Virus record (IMG/VR): IMGVR_UViG_3300037755_000147
Location: 1-48,144 of that record
From: a virus
Taxonomy: Duplodnaviria; Caudoviricetes
Length of the DNA stretch: 48,144 nt
Direction: 5' to 3' (one strand)
Part shown: positions 15,618 to 23,939 of the stretch, piece after piece
How positions within the stretch are numbered: the stretch's first letter is position 1
Layout: each line of letters starts with the position of its first letter
Notes under the pieces: generated by a model
What the model saw: only the letters and a program-made list of their open reading frames with translations
Database searches by the model: none
Told to the model about the DNA's origin: nothing
Translations under genes and position numbers: made by a program

Positions 15618-16430
15618 ATGACCTTCAAATTTCCGATCAAGTCCCGCTGGACCGGCACCGTCCTCTTCGAGGCCGACCTCGACGCCAGCTTGGAGACGGA
15701 AAGCGACAGCTTCAAACTCGGCGCGGCGGTGAAGGTCGCGGTCAAAGCGCGCGCCAACCTCGCGCGCGCCTACCTCGCGGACGCCAACCTCGCGGGCGCC
15801 TACCTCGCGGGCGCCAACCTCACGGACGCCAACCTCGCGGGCGCCTACCTCGCGGGCGCCAACCTCACGGGCGCCTACCTCGCGCGCGCCTACCTCGCGG
15901 GCGCCAACCTCACGGACGCCAACCTCGCGCGCGCCTACCTCGCGGGCGCCTACCTCGCGGACGCCAACCTCGCGCGCGCCTACCTCGCGGACGCCAACCT
16001 CGCGGGCGCCTACCTCGCGGACGCCAACCTCGCGCGCGCCTACCTCGCGGACGCCAACCTCGCGCGCGCCAACCTCACGGGCGCCTACCTCGCGCGCGCC
16101 TACCTCGCGGGCGCCTACCTCGCGGGCGCCAACCTCACGGACGCCAACCTCGCGGGCGCCAACCTCGCGGACGCCAAATGGCGCGACGGCATCACCATCA
16201 CGAAAGCGCCAATCCAGATCTACGGCCTGCGCTGGACCGTCCACGTCCTCGACACGCACATGCAGATCGGCTGCGAACTGCACAGTCATGAGGACTGGGC
16301 CGGCTTCGATGACCGCCACATCATACAGATGGAGGGGCGTGCAGCGCTGGAGTTCTGGCGCGCACACAAGGAGTCTCTGCTGGCGCTGTGTCTAACGCAC
16401 GCGCCGAAGGCTGAGACTGAAACCGCCTAA
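15618..16430 (+). CDS. Pentapeptide-repeat protein
   Basis: ATG 15618; A(N/Y)L(A/T)(G/D/R) repeats; C-terminal MQIGCELH...W domain. Confidence 0.92.
   Translation: MTFKFPIKSRWTGTVLFEADLDASLETESDSFKLGAAVKVAVKARANLARAYLADANLAGAYLAGANLTDANLAGAYLAGANLTGAYLARAYLAGANLTDANLARAYLAGAYLADANLARAYLADANLAGAYLADANLARAYLADANLARANLTGAYLARAYLAGAYLAGANLTDANLAGANLADAKWRDGITITKAPIQIYGLRWTVHVLDTHMQIGCELHSHEDWAGFDDRHIIQMEGRAALEFWRAHKESLLALCLTHAPKAETETA
15751..16170 (+). repeat. 28 x 15-bp tandem repeat (coding)
   Basis: Unit RCGCCWACCTCRCGS. Confidence 0.95.
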
Positions 16431-16487
16431 CCACCACGCCCAGACGGATGGCCCACCAAGATCAAACAGCCAGATAGGAGATGAGGA

Positions 16488-16697
16488 ATGCGTATCATTG
16501 ACCGGACAGACAAGAGCGACAAGCCGAAGTGCAATTACTGCGGCATCGATGCGCCAGAACATGGGTTTGACAGCAAGCGCGTCATCCATCGCGCCAGCAA
16601 CCCAACGACGGGCAAGGCCGAAGTTGTGACCAGCGTCTTCACCGTCTGCAAGGGCACGCCATGCGGCGGCCACTTGCAGATGGCCTACGAGGGCTAA
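16488..16697 (+). CDS. Small Cys-rich hypothetical protein
   Basis: CNYC and C..TPC; AGGAG RBS. Confidence 0.65.
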   Translation: MRIIDRTDKSDKPKCNYCGIDAPEHGFDSKRVIHRASNPTTGKAEVVTSVFTVCKGTPCGGHLQMAYEG

Positions 16698-16730
16698 GCA
16701 CCCCGCCCTACCAGAGAGGGAGTAACTGAC

Positions 16731-17060
16731 GTGAGTGAGATTGAACTTCTGGAATGTCCGTTTTGCGGTGGCGCTGCCCACACGAACTGGGTCAGAGACG
16801 GAAGGATGGCGAGCTGCGGCGCCTGCTATGCCTCTGGGCCGTCGGCCTATCACGGGCCAGTCAACTTACCCGCCGCCGAAACGCGCGCCAGAACCGCCTG
16901 GAACACCCGCGCCGCCGACCCCATTCGGGCGCAGCTTATTGCAGCGCTGGAGGATTGCGTGAACGCGATGTACGCGGACAACCCCGCAGACGGCTGGAAA
17001 GAGATCATCGACAACGCCCGCGCAGCGCTCACAGCCGCTTGCGGTAAGGGGGAGAACTGA
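16731..17060 (+). CDS. Lar-family (restriction alleviation-like) Zn-finger protein
   Basis: LLECPFCGG...CGAC...AWNTRA. Confidence 0.7.
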   Translation: MSEIELLECPFCGGAAHTNWVRDGRMASCGACYASGPSAYHGPVNLPAAETRARTAWNTRAADPIRAQLIAALEDCVNAMYADNPADGWKEIIDNARAALTAACGKGEN

Positions 17061-17061
17061 G

Positions 17062-17322
17062 ATGCCCCAGGCAAGTAAAGAATTGCGAGATGAAATGGAG
17101 CGGCGCTTTGGCAGCATCGACGCGGCTGGACCAGTAAAGTTCCTGCAAGACTCCGGCTATACACTGCTGGCGGGCTGGATATGGGACAAGCCCGGCGTAA
17201 CGAACCTCCAGCAACTGACGCGCGACGAGTTCGAGTGCCTGCTGTTCCTATGTCACGAGTGGGACTTCGGAGGTCTCGCTCCAACCCGCGCCGCCACTAA
17301 GCATAAGGAGTCTGGTGAATGA
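17062..17322 (+). CDS. Hypothetical protein
   Basis: 86 aa, GGGGAG RBS. Confidence 0.65.
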   Translation: MPQASKELRDEMERRFGSIDAAGPVKFLQDSGYTLLAGWIWDKPGVTNLQQLTRDEFECLLFLCHEWDFGGLAPTRAATKHKESGE

Positions 17323-17570
17323 GCGACTTCGAGCACCCGGTCAAGCAGCCGATCAAGAGCGTCGTGATCGTGGATGGCGGGCAGCACGACGGCCAGCCGA
17401 CATACGCCGAATACTCGGTCGGCTATGGCTGTGACCGCATCGAGGCCACCACCAAGTCCGGCATGCATGCGGACATCCCTTACATCCGAGTTTGGCAGGG
17501 TGACACGGCGATTGCCGAGTTCTGCCAGCACAACGTTGCGGGCGTCTACTTCTTCGCAAAGGACTCCTGA
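17319..17570 (+). CDS. Hypothetical protein
   Basis: 83 aa, ATGA-coupled. Confidence 0.65.
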   Translation: MSDFEHPVKQPIKSVVIVDGGQHDGQPTYAEYSVGYGCDRIEATTKSGMHADIPYIRVWQGDTAIAEFCQHNVAGVYFFAKDS

Positions 17571-17571
17571 C

Positions 17572-17916
17572 ATGACCACCACACAGAAGCCTGTAGATGC
17601 GGACGACTGGGGTTGGTGGGCTGGGCGCAGTGACGATGAGTTCGGAGTTGGACCGTTCACCACCAAGGAAGGTGCCGTCCAAGAGGCGCTAGACCAGCTT
17701 ACCTACGATGAAGTTGAGGTCGATGGCGAGTGGCGCCGGGTGGTCTACTTCGCTGAATGTCGTGGCCTGCATTACGAGTGCGACGAATGCGGAATTGTAC
17801 CAAAGGCCTGCGATGAATGCGTGGGTTTTCTGCCGGCGGAAGAGACTGCCGGGACATTCACCGGCTGCCGAAATGAAGGCTCCATCCTGACGGGATACGA
17901 CGATGACAACGACTGA
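17572..17916 (+). CDS. Hypothetical acidic Zn-finger protein
   Basis: ATG 17572; two CDEC motifs. Confidence 0.6.
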   Translation: MTTTQKPVDADDWGWWAGRSDDEFGVGPFTTKEGAVQEALDQLTYDEVEVDGEWRRVVYFAECRGLHYECDECGIVPKACDECVGFLPAEETAGTFTGCRNEGSILTGYDDDND

Positions 17917-18037
17917 GACTGCGCGGCCCTACGTCAGCCCGAAACTGCTGCGGCCTCTGCGGGAGTGGAGTGAGGTTTGGCACGCCAGACTAGAGTCTGA
18001 AGCCGCGCGCATGGAGAAGGAATCCGACAATGCGTAG
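17903..18037 (+). CDS. Small hypothetical protein (44 aa)
   Basis: MTTTETARPYVSPKLLRPLREWSEVW...; fills the gap and overlaps both neighbours. Confidence 0.45.
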   Translation: MTTTETARPYVSPKLLRPLREWSEVWHARLESEAARMEKESDNA

Positions 18038-18398
18038 CATCACGGTTACCACTGACTTCACCTGGAATCTTGAGGTCGCCCCCGGCAAGTTCATCCCCGA
18101 CATCGAGTGTTGCTGCACCGCGAGTGTCTTCCCTGGCACGCCGGCCAGCTACAGCGGCCCTGGTTGTGGCCCAACGGTATACGGCTATCGCGACATCAAG
18201 ATCGACTGCGGTGGCTATGACCGCGAGGCCGGGCTGCATGTCCCGGATTACGTGGAGCCCGATGCGGACCTGACGCGCCGGATTCTGAACTGGTTGTCCC
18301 AAGGCCACGCGGACGATGCATTTGCGGACGCGGCGAACGGGCAAGGCTTCGGCCCGGACCAGGACTATATCAGGGATTTGAGGAGGGAAAGCGCGTGA
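18030..18398 (+). CDS. Hypothetical protein
   Basis: 122 aa, AAGGA RBS. Confidence 0.65.
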   Translation: MRSITVTTDFTWNLEVAPGKFIPDIECCCTASVFPGTPASYSGPGCGPTVYGYRDIKIDCGGYDREAGLHVPDYVEPDADLTRRILNWLSQGHADDAFADAANGQGFGPDQDYIRDLRRESA

Positions 18399-18727
18399 TG
18401 GCAAGTGAGACGCTGGCGGCGTGCCCGATTAACCGCGAGGGCTGCTCAATGGTGCAGCACACCACCAAGCCTATTGAGCGCATCCAGTGCGTCGGCTGCG
18501 GGGTGTCCGCCCCTGACGTTAAAACTTGGAACGCCATTCCCCGCACCACCCCCTGCCCACGCTGCGCGGAATTGGAGAAGGCGCTGGAGGAATTTGAGGC
18601 CGCGACCCGCGAGTTGCCGCTCGGGCACGAGGACGCATCTAGGGGCGCATCATCCTACAATTGGCGCAAGGCGTGCCTGCACGAAATCCGCGCCCGCGCC
18701 GCCCGTGGAAAGGAAGAGCAGTCATGA
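18398..18727 (+). CDS. Hypothetical Zn-finger protein (Lar-like)
   Basis: LAACP...CVGCG...WN...CPRC. Confidence 0.6.
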   Translation: MASETLAACPINREGCSMVQHTTKPIERIQCVGCGVSAPDVKTWNAIPRTTPCPRCAELEKALEEFEAATRELPLGHEDASRGASSYNWRKACLHEIRARAARGKEEQS

Positions 18728-18909
18728 CCGCCCCCACCCTAAGGCTGGTAGCCGATAATAATCTGAGCCGCTTCAATCACGCTTGGCGCTCTGCTTTTGC
18801 CAGGGGCCGGATATGGATGCGTGAAGATCTGGGCAGGCAGGCCCGGCAGGCGGGGGACAAGGACGAGGAAGCCCGGCAGTTTCTCGCCGCAACCCGAATT
18901 AGGACGTAA
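18724..18909 (+). CDS. Hypothetical protein
   Basis: ATG 18724, ATGA-coupled. Confidence 0.5.
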   Translation: MTAPTLRLVADNNLSRFNHAWRSAFARGRIWMREDLGRQARQAGDKDEEARQFLAATRIRT

Positions 18910-18914
18910 TCACA

Positions 18915-19658
18915 ATGAACGCTATCGTGAAGAAGGAAGAAGGCGGCGCCGTGGTTGTCATGAGCGAGTCGGCCGCCGTCATGGAAATGATCAGCCGCGC
19001 CGCTAGTGATCCGGCTGTCGATATCGACAAGCTGGAGCGGCTTATGGCGATGCGCGAGCGGATGCAGGAGGGGGAGGCAAAGAGGGCTTTCCACGATGCC
19101 ATGAACGCGGCACAGGAAGAGATGGCCCCCGTCTCGCGCGACGCGGCCAACCCGCAGACCAAGAGCAAGTATGCCAGCTATCAAGCGCTCGATAAAGCAC
19201 TCCGGCCAACCTACACGAAACACGGTTTCTCGCTCAGTTTTGATACGGCGGACAGCCCACTGGTCGACCATATCCGCATTGTCTGCAAGGTGGCGCGTGG
19301 CGGTTACAGCGAGTGCCCACACCTCGACTTGCCAGCGGACGGCAAAGGCGCCAAAGGCGGCGACGTGATGACCAAGACTCACGCCACGATGTCGGCAGTT
19401 TCCTACGGCAAGCGCGGCCTACTGAAGATGGTCTTCAATATCGCGGAGAGCGATGACGACGGCAACAAGGCAGGCAACAAGCGGGAGTATATCTCGCTCA
19501 AACAGAAAGACGAACTTATCGCGCTCATCAAGGAGACGGGCACCGACACGGCGAAGTTTTGCCAGTTCCTCCGGGTGGCCTCGCTGGATGAGATCTACAC
19601 CATGCAATTTCAGAACGCCCGGTCGGCGCTGCTGAAGAAGAAGGGAGCCGCGAAGTGA
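18915..19658 (+). CDS. erf: ERF-family single-strand annealing protein
   Basis: AASDPAVDIDKLERLM, SKYASY, KHGFSLSF, SAVSYGKR. Confidence 0.9.
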   Translation: MNAIVKKEEGGAVVVMSESAAVMEMISRAASDPAVDIDKLERLMAMRERMQEGEAKRAFHDAMNAAQEEMAPVSRDAANPQTKSKYASYQALDKALRPTYTKHGFSLSFDTADSPLVDHIRIVCKVARGGYSECPHLDLPADGKGAKGGDVMTKTHATMSAVSYGKRGLLKMVFNIAESDDDGNKAGNKREYISLKQKDELIALIKETGTDTAKFCQFLRVASLDEIYTMQFQNARSALLKKKGAAK

Positions 19659-20290
19659 CCGAAGACCTAGAACAGGGTAGCCCGGAGTGGCTGCGCGCGC
19701 GCTGTGGGCTGGTGACGGCCTCCCGCGTGGCGGACGTGGTCGCAAAGACCAAGAGCGGCTGGGGAGCCTCCAGAGCCAACTACATGGCGGAGCTGATTGC
19801 CGAGCGCCTGACCGGAGAGCCTGCAACCCGCTTCACCAATGCGGCCATGCAGTGGGGCACCGATACCGAGCCCCAGGCGCGGGCCGCCTATGAGTTCTTC
19901 TATGACGCGACTGTGGTGGAGGTCGGCCTGGTCAAGCACCCAACCATTGCCGAGTCCGGCGCTTCGCCTGACGGGCTGGTGGGAGACGATGGGCTCCTGG
20001 AGGTGAAGTGCCCCCAGACGGCAACCCACATTGAAACGCTTCTGGGTGGCACCGTCCCTGGCAAGTACATGACGCAGATGCAGTGGCAAATCGCCTGCAC
20101 CGGGCGCCAGTGGTGCGACTTCGTAAGCTTCGATCCCCGGATGCCCGGCGACCTGTCTTTCTTCGTGCGCCGCGTCCAGCGCGACGGCGCCCGCATTGCG
20201 GAGTTGGAGAAAGACGTGATCGACTTCCTGTCCGAATTGGAAGCCAAGATCGCACAGCTTCAAGCCCTACAGGGCCAGGAGGCAGCATGA
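19655..20290 (+). CDS. YqaJ / lambda-exonuclease family nuclease
   Basis: QGSPEWLRARCGLVTAS, GASPDGLV, LEVKCP, QMQWQ. Confidence 0.93.
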   Translation: MTEDLEQGSPEWLRARCGLVTASRVADVVAKTKSGWGASRANYMAELIAERLTGEPATRFTNAAMQWGTDTEPQARAAYEFFYDATVVEVGLVKHPTIAESGASPDGLVGDDGLLEVKCPQTATHIETLLGGTVPGKYMTQMQWQIACTGRQWCDFVSFDPRMPGDLSFFVRRVQRDGARIAELEKDVIDFLSELEAKIAQLQALQGQEAA

Positions 20291-20808
20291 GTGCCCCAGC
20301 CCCAATTCTCTGTGAGTGGGACGGCGACGCATTCGTTCCCGTCAACCAGTCGTGGGCACGCCGTGCCGATCAGCACTACACGGTGCACGAACGATATTCC
20401 ATCGCCCCGATCGAGGAGCGGAGCCAGCGCAGCCACGCCCACTATTTTGCTTCCGTCAACGACGCATGGAAGAACCTGCCCGAGCATATGACGGAGAGGT
20501 TTCCAACCTCAGAGCATTTGCGGAAGTGGGCTCTCGTGAAGGCCGGATGGCGAGATGAGCGGTCCATCGTCTGTGCCAGTAAGGCGGAGGCGCAGCGCGT
20601 CAAGTCCTTCATCCGTCCGATGGACGACTACGCCGTGGTGATCGCCCGCGAGGCCGTGGTGCTGGTCTACACGGCCAAGAGCCAATCGGTTCGCGCGATG
20701 GGTAAGGCGGACTTTCAGAAGTCCAAGGATGACGTGCTCCAGGTTCTGGCCGAGATGATTGGCACGACGGCCGGCGAGATCAAACAGAATGCGAAGGACG
20801 CCGCATGA
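20287..20808 (+). CDS. NinB/DUF1367-like recombination-associated protein
   Basis: ATG 20287; [11 protein letters not shown]...SEHLRKWAL...KSQS..AM...F. Confidence 0.6.
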   Translation: MSAPAPILCEWDGDAFVPVNQSWARRADQHYTVHERYSIAPIEERSQRSHAHYFASVNDAWKNLPEHMTERFPTSEHLRKWALVKAGWRDERSIVCASKAEAQRVKSFIRPMDDYAVVIAREAVVLVYTAKSQSVRAMGKADFQKSKDDVLQVLAEMIGTTAGEIKQNAKDAA

Positions 20809-21248
20809 GCAGTCTCAATAAAGCCACTATCATCGGAAACCTCGGGAAAGACCCTGAAGTACGCACGACACAGGGCGGAACGAAGGTGGCCAACATCTCT
20901 GTCGCCACGTCCGAGCGCTGGCGCGACAAAAACAGCGGCGAGCAAAAAGAGCGGACCGAATGGCATCGCGTCACCCTGTGGGACAAGCTGGCGGAGATCG
21001 CGGAGAAGTACCTGCACAAGGGATCGAAGGTCTACCTTGAAGGCAAGATCCAGACCCGCAAGTGGCAGGACCAGAGCGGCGCCGACCGATATTCGACTGA
21101 GATCGTCCTGCAGGGTTTCGACGCCAAGCTGGTGATGCTCGACGGGAAGCAGGACGGCGAGCGCCAGGAGAGCCGGGACAGCGGCCAGGGTGGTGCCCAG
21201 AGTGATGGCGGCGGAGATGATGATCTAGACTCTGAGATACCATTTTGA
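20805..21248 (+). CDS. ssb: Single-stranded DNA-binding protein
   Basis: [21 protein letters not shown], acidic DSEIPF tail. Confidence 0.97.
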   Translation: MSSLNKATIIGNLGKDPEVRTTQGGTKVANISVATSERWRDKNSGEQKERTEWHRVTLWDKLAEIAEKYLHKGSKVYLEGKIQTRKWQDQSGADRYSTEIVLQGFDAKLVMLDGKQDGERQESRDSGQGGAQSDGGGDDDLDSEIPF

Positions 21249-21709
21249 TGCAGAGGCGCGTCTGCAAGGTCTGTGGCGAGGTTAAGCACGAGACTGACTA
21301 TTACAGCGGCGTTCTGTCCCGCTGCAAGGAGTGCCACAAGGCCGCCGTCCGGGCCAAACGCGCCGAGAAGGCCGAGTACTACCGCGATTACGACCGAAAG
21401 CGGTATCGCGAAAACCCAGATTGGGCTGCGTCTTGTCGGAGAGCATCTAAAAACTGGTACTGGAACAATCGCGAGGAAGCTATGGAACGGCAGCGAGAGT
21501 GGCGCAAATCCAACCCGGCGCAGTACAGGGCGCACAACGCCGTCAGCAATGCGTTGCGAGACGGAACGCTGGCCAAGGGATCGTGCCACTTCTGTGGCGC
21601 CAAGGAAGTCCATGCTCACCATCACGACTACAGCAAGCCGCTGGAGGTCACGTGGCTGTGCCCGATGTGCCACAGCAGGTTCCATCAGCTTCACAGGATG
21701 ACTGGCTGA
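21248..21709 (+). CDS. HNH-like / Zn-finger endonuclease-like protein
   Basis: CKVC, CKEC, CHFC, HAHHHDYSKPLEVTWLCPMCH. Confidence 0.75.
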   Translation: MQRRVCKVCGEVKHETDYYSGVLSRCKECHKAAVRAKRAEKAEYYRDYDRKRYRENPDWAASCRRASKNWYWNNREEAMERQREWRKSNPAQYRAHNAVSNALRDGTLAKGSCHFCGAKEVHAHHHDYSKPLEVTWLCPMCHSRFHQLHRMTG

Positions 21710-21918
21710 TGACCCGCACCGACGAAGACTCCTTCCTGGCTAACCTCAGTGGCGCCATGCGCCGCAGCGCGGACGTGCATGCGCTGGAGGTGCTTTGGCG
21801 GGACTACGAGGCCCAGATAGCCGCCTGTAGCCAGGAGGGCCGTGATGAACTGCGCCGGTTCCGGGCGGAGCGGGGGCGGGAATTGATGACAACCCTATCG
21901 AGGAGCGACAAATGGTAA
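21709..21918 (+). CDS. Hypothetical protein
   Basis: ATG 21709, coupled. Confidence 0.55.
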   Translation: MTRTDEDSFLANLSGAMRRSADVHALEVLWRDYEAQIAACSQEGRDELRRFRAERGRELMTTLSRSDKW

Positions 21919-22280
21919 TGAACCCGGAAGACCTGCGCAAGCCAATGACCGCGTACGACTGGGAGATCGTCGGCCACCAGTACCGCAAGAACGACCTCCC
22001 TACCCTGCCCCGCGCGCGCCTGGACATTCCCCTGCCCGCCACGCTGGAAGAGTGCCACACCATCGCGCACCGCCTCTCGGGCCTGTCCCAGGCGATTGGG
22101 CAGGCCATCCGCCTTGCCTCCACCAGCCGCTCGGGAATGCTGGAAGTCAAGGGGCTGATCAATCAGTCCCGCCAGCAGTTCCAGATCCTCGGCAAAGAGA
22201 TGGAACGGGAGTTGCGCGAGGCCGAAGAAATGGCCAATAATTCGGCAAATACAGTGGAACGTTTGCGGGCCGTAGAGTGA
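21912..22280 (+). CDS. Hypothetical protein (in the xis/int slot)
   Basis: 122 aa; no tyrosine or serine recombinase motifs. Confidence 0.65.
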   Translation: MVMNPEDLRKPMTAYDWEIVGHQYRKNDLPTLPRARLDIPLPATLEECHTIAHRLSGLSQAIGQAIRLASTSRSGMLEVKGLINQSRQQFQILGKEMERELREAEEMANNSANTVERLRAVE

Positions 22281-22343
22281 ACAACTACTTTTAGTCCACT
22301 TACTGACCTACTGTATCTAGTGTATCTGCTAAGTCTAAGTAAG

Positions 22344-22371
22344 ATGTGACGGAATATAAAATATGCGCGCT
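22344..22371 (-). other. dif-like XerC/XerD site A
   Basis: AGCGCGCATAT-TTTATA-TTCCGTCACAT (8/11, 5/6, 7/11 to E. coli dif). Confidence 0.5.
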
Positions 22372-22384
22372 TATCAACGGCTTA
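22372..22384 (+). promoter_or_regulatory. IHF-binding consensus
   Basis: TATCAACGGCTTA matches WATCAANNNNTTR. Confidence 0.5.
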
Positions 22385-22541
22385 GTTAATTTCAAATTCG
22401 AGAACGGCAGAAACACTTGGTAATAATCTTACGTTTCCGTTTAAGTCCCTGTATGTACTCAGCCTAAATGTAGACCAGTTGCAATCGCAACCATTTTGTA
22501 GAGAACGGGCGAACTTTAATTGCCCTGCCCTGTCTGGGCGG

Positions 22542-22569
22542 ATGTTCCCATAGCGGAATTATGCGCGCT
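22542..22569 (-). other. dif-like XerC/XerD site B
   Basis: AGCGCGCATAA-TTCCGC-TATGGGAACAT (XerC arm 9/11; XerD arm degenerate). Confidence 0.5.
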
Positions 22570-22615
22570 TGCAACATGCGATCCGGCGGTATCCCCGCCA
22601 CTGTGGAGGTGTGAA

Positions 22616-22858
22616 ATGAAGGCGATAACGGCAAGCCAGCGGCGCGTCCTGGAGCGTGGCTACATGGTGCTCTATCTTGGGAACAAGACCGGACAGGCGT
22701 TCGGAGACACCTACTGGACCTGGGCCGCCCTGATAGATCGTGGGTGGCTACGTCACGAGCGCAGCAACCTCCGGGAGCCCTATCCGTGGGAGCGGTATCG
22801 AGTGACCCGCAAGGGCAAGGCGGCGCTTGCTGACCTTCCCGCCACTGTGGAGGAATGA
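22616..22858 (+). CDS. Hypothetical protein (winged-helix-like)
   Basis: ATG 22616 after GGAGGT; ALIDRGWL...YRVTRKGK. Confidence 0.65.
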   Translation: MKAITASQRRVLERGYMVLYLGNKTGQAFGDTYWTWAALIDRGWLRHERSNLREPYPWERYRVTRKGKAALADLPATVEE

Positions 22859-22861
22859 GAG

Positions 22862-23053
22862 ATGGAGTGGCAACCTAGCAGCACGGCGCCGCATGGGCGG
22901 GTTGTGGAGACAAAAATCGATGACGAGCATGGGCCTCGCAATCACGCCTACTTGAAGCGAGATGTCCGGCTATGGTTCGTCCCTGACGGCAGCATGTATG
23001 TCTACTACACTCCGACTCACTGGCGCCTCCGCGCCGCAGCAAAGAAGGAATAG
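22862..23053 (+). CDS. Hypothetical protein (DUF551-like)
   Basis: MEWQPSSTAP...PTHW. Confidence 0.7.
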   Translation: MEWQPSSTAPHGRVVETKIDDEHGPRNHAYLKRDVRLWFVPDGSMYVYYTPTHWRLRAAAKKE

Positions 23054-23287
23054 AGGATGACTGAAGATACGATGCGCCAGCAAGCGGAAGCCGTGGCAGC
23101 CAGAATGGCCAATCGCATGGGCTATACACCTGACGAGGTGCGGAGCTACAAGCGCGGCCTCCTGAAGGCGGCGGAGATGGCTGAGGAGGAGGCGGACAAA
23201 CAGAGGTGGAAAGGCAATATGTTCGCCTCGACGGCGTTGACGCAACTCGCCGCCTGCCTCCGCGCCGCAGCAAAGAAGGAATAGAGG
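23025..23287 (+). repeat. 32-bp exact direct repeat (23025-23056 and 23256-23287)
   Basis: GCCTCCGCGCCGCAGCAAAGAAGGAATAGAGG occurs twice. Confidence 0.95.
23057..23284 (+). CDS. Hypothetical protein
   Basis: 75 aa; ends LRAAAKKE like the preceding gene. Confidence 0.65.
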   Translation: MTEDTMRQQAEAVAARMANRMGYTPDEVRSYKRGLLKAAEMAEEEADKQRWKGNMFASTALTQLAACLRAAAKKE

Positions 23288-23497
23288 GTGGGCAACAATC
23301 TTTGGGGCAGGCTCGGCAACGGCGATTTGCCGCACCCCGATCAATTTACAGATACCCTGGAAATGGCGGCGCGCCGCGTTATGGATGCCCTATACCATCG
23401 ACGCACAACGCTTGGCCCGGAAGCCCATGAAGCCCTGCTGGACCTGGGGCATCTACTGCGCCCCCGCCTCCGCGCCCCTTCCAATGAAGGGAAGTAG
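23288..23497 (+). CDS. Hypothetical protein
   Basis: 69 aa, GTG start. Confidence 0.55.
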   Translation: MGNNLWGRLGNGDLPHPDQFTDTLEMAARRVMDALYHRRTTLGPEAHEALLDLGHLLRPRLRAPSNEGK

Positions 23498-23498
23498 G

Positions 23499-23684
23499 AT
23501 GCCGACAGAAAGAACGCTGGTGCCGATGATTGTGCCTGTTGAGGGCGGCGAATTTGCGGTCTGGCACGTCGCCGTTGACGATCACCTGACGTATAAGTGC
23601 AAGCTCGACCCTGAAAGTCAGTCATGGCAAATCAAATTTACCATGCGGATGCCGGTCTATCGCGGAGCCCCGATAAAGAAATGA
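23499..23684 (+). CDS. Hypothetical protein
   Basis: ATG 23499. Confidence 0.55.
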   Translation: MPTERTLVPMIVPVEGGEFAVWHVAVDDHLTYKCKLDPESQSWQIKFTMRMPVYRGAPIKK

Positions 23685-23760
23685 ACCCGCTAAGGATTGA
23701 CCGCGCCCTCCGCCGCTTTGAGATATGGCTGTATAGGGTGTGGGGGAAGTGGAGGAGAAG

Positions 23761-23928
23761 ATGAAACGGTGCGTGACATACCCGCCAGAAATGCTGCCGC
23801 GCAGCAAGCCCGGAGATCAGGCTGAAGTTGTCGTTTGCCGAGGCGCAAGCGGCTGTCCGCTCGAGATTACCGGGGAGCCGTGTCGCCAGTGCTTGCGGGT
23901 CTTTCAGAAGACTCAAGGGCAGGCCTAG
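23761..23928 (+). CDS. Small Cys-rich hypothetical protein
   Basis: ATG 23761 after GGAGGAG. Confidence 0.5.
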   Translation: MKRCVTYPPEMLPRSKPGDQAEVVVCRGASGCPLEITGEPCRQCLRVFQKTQGQA

Positions 23929-23939
23929 GGACGCCCCCG

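Noticed and set aside
15600-16367. Minus-strand VGARE-repeat ORF; also considered as a CRISPR array
   Set aside because: Reverse frame of the pentapeptide repeat; units are contiguous with no spacers and there are no cas genes
4409-22569. Xer-mediated inversion of the early region between oppositely oriented dif-like sites
   Set aside because: The 6-bp central regions differ, and inversion would not connect the late promoter to module 2
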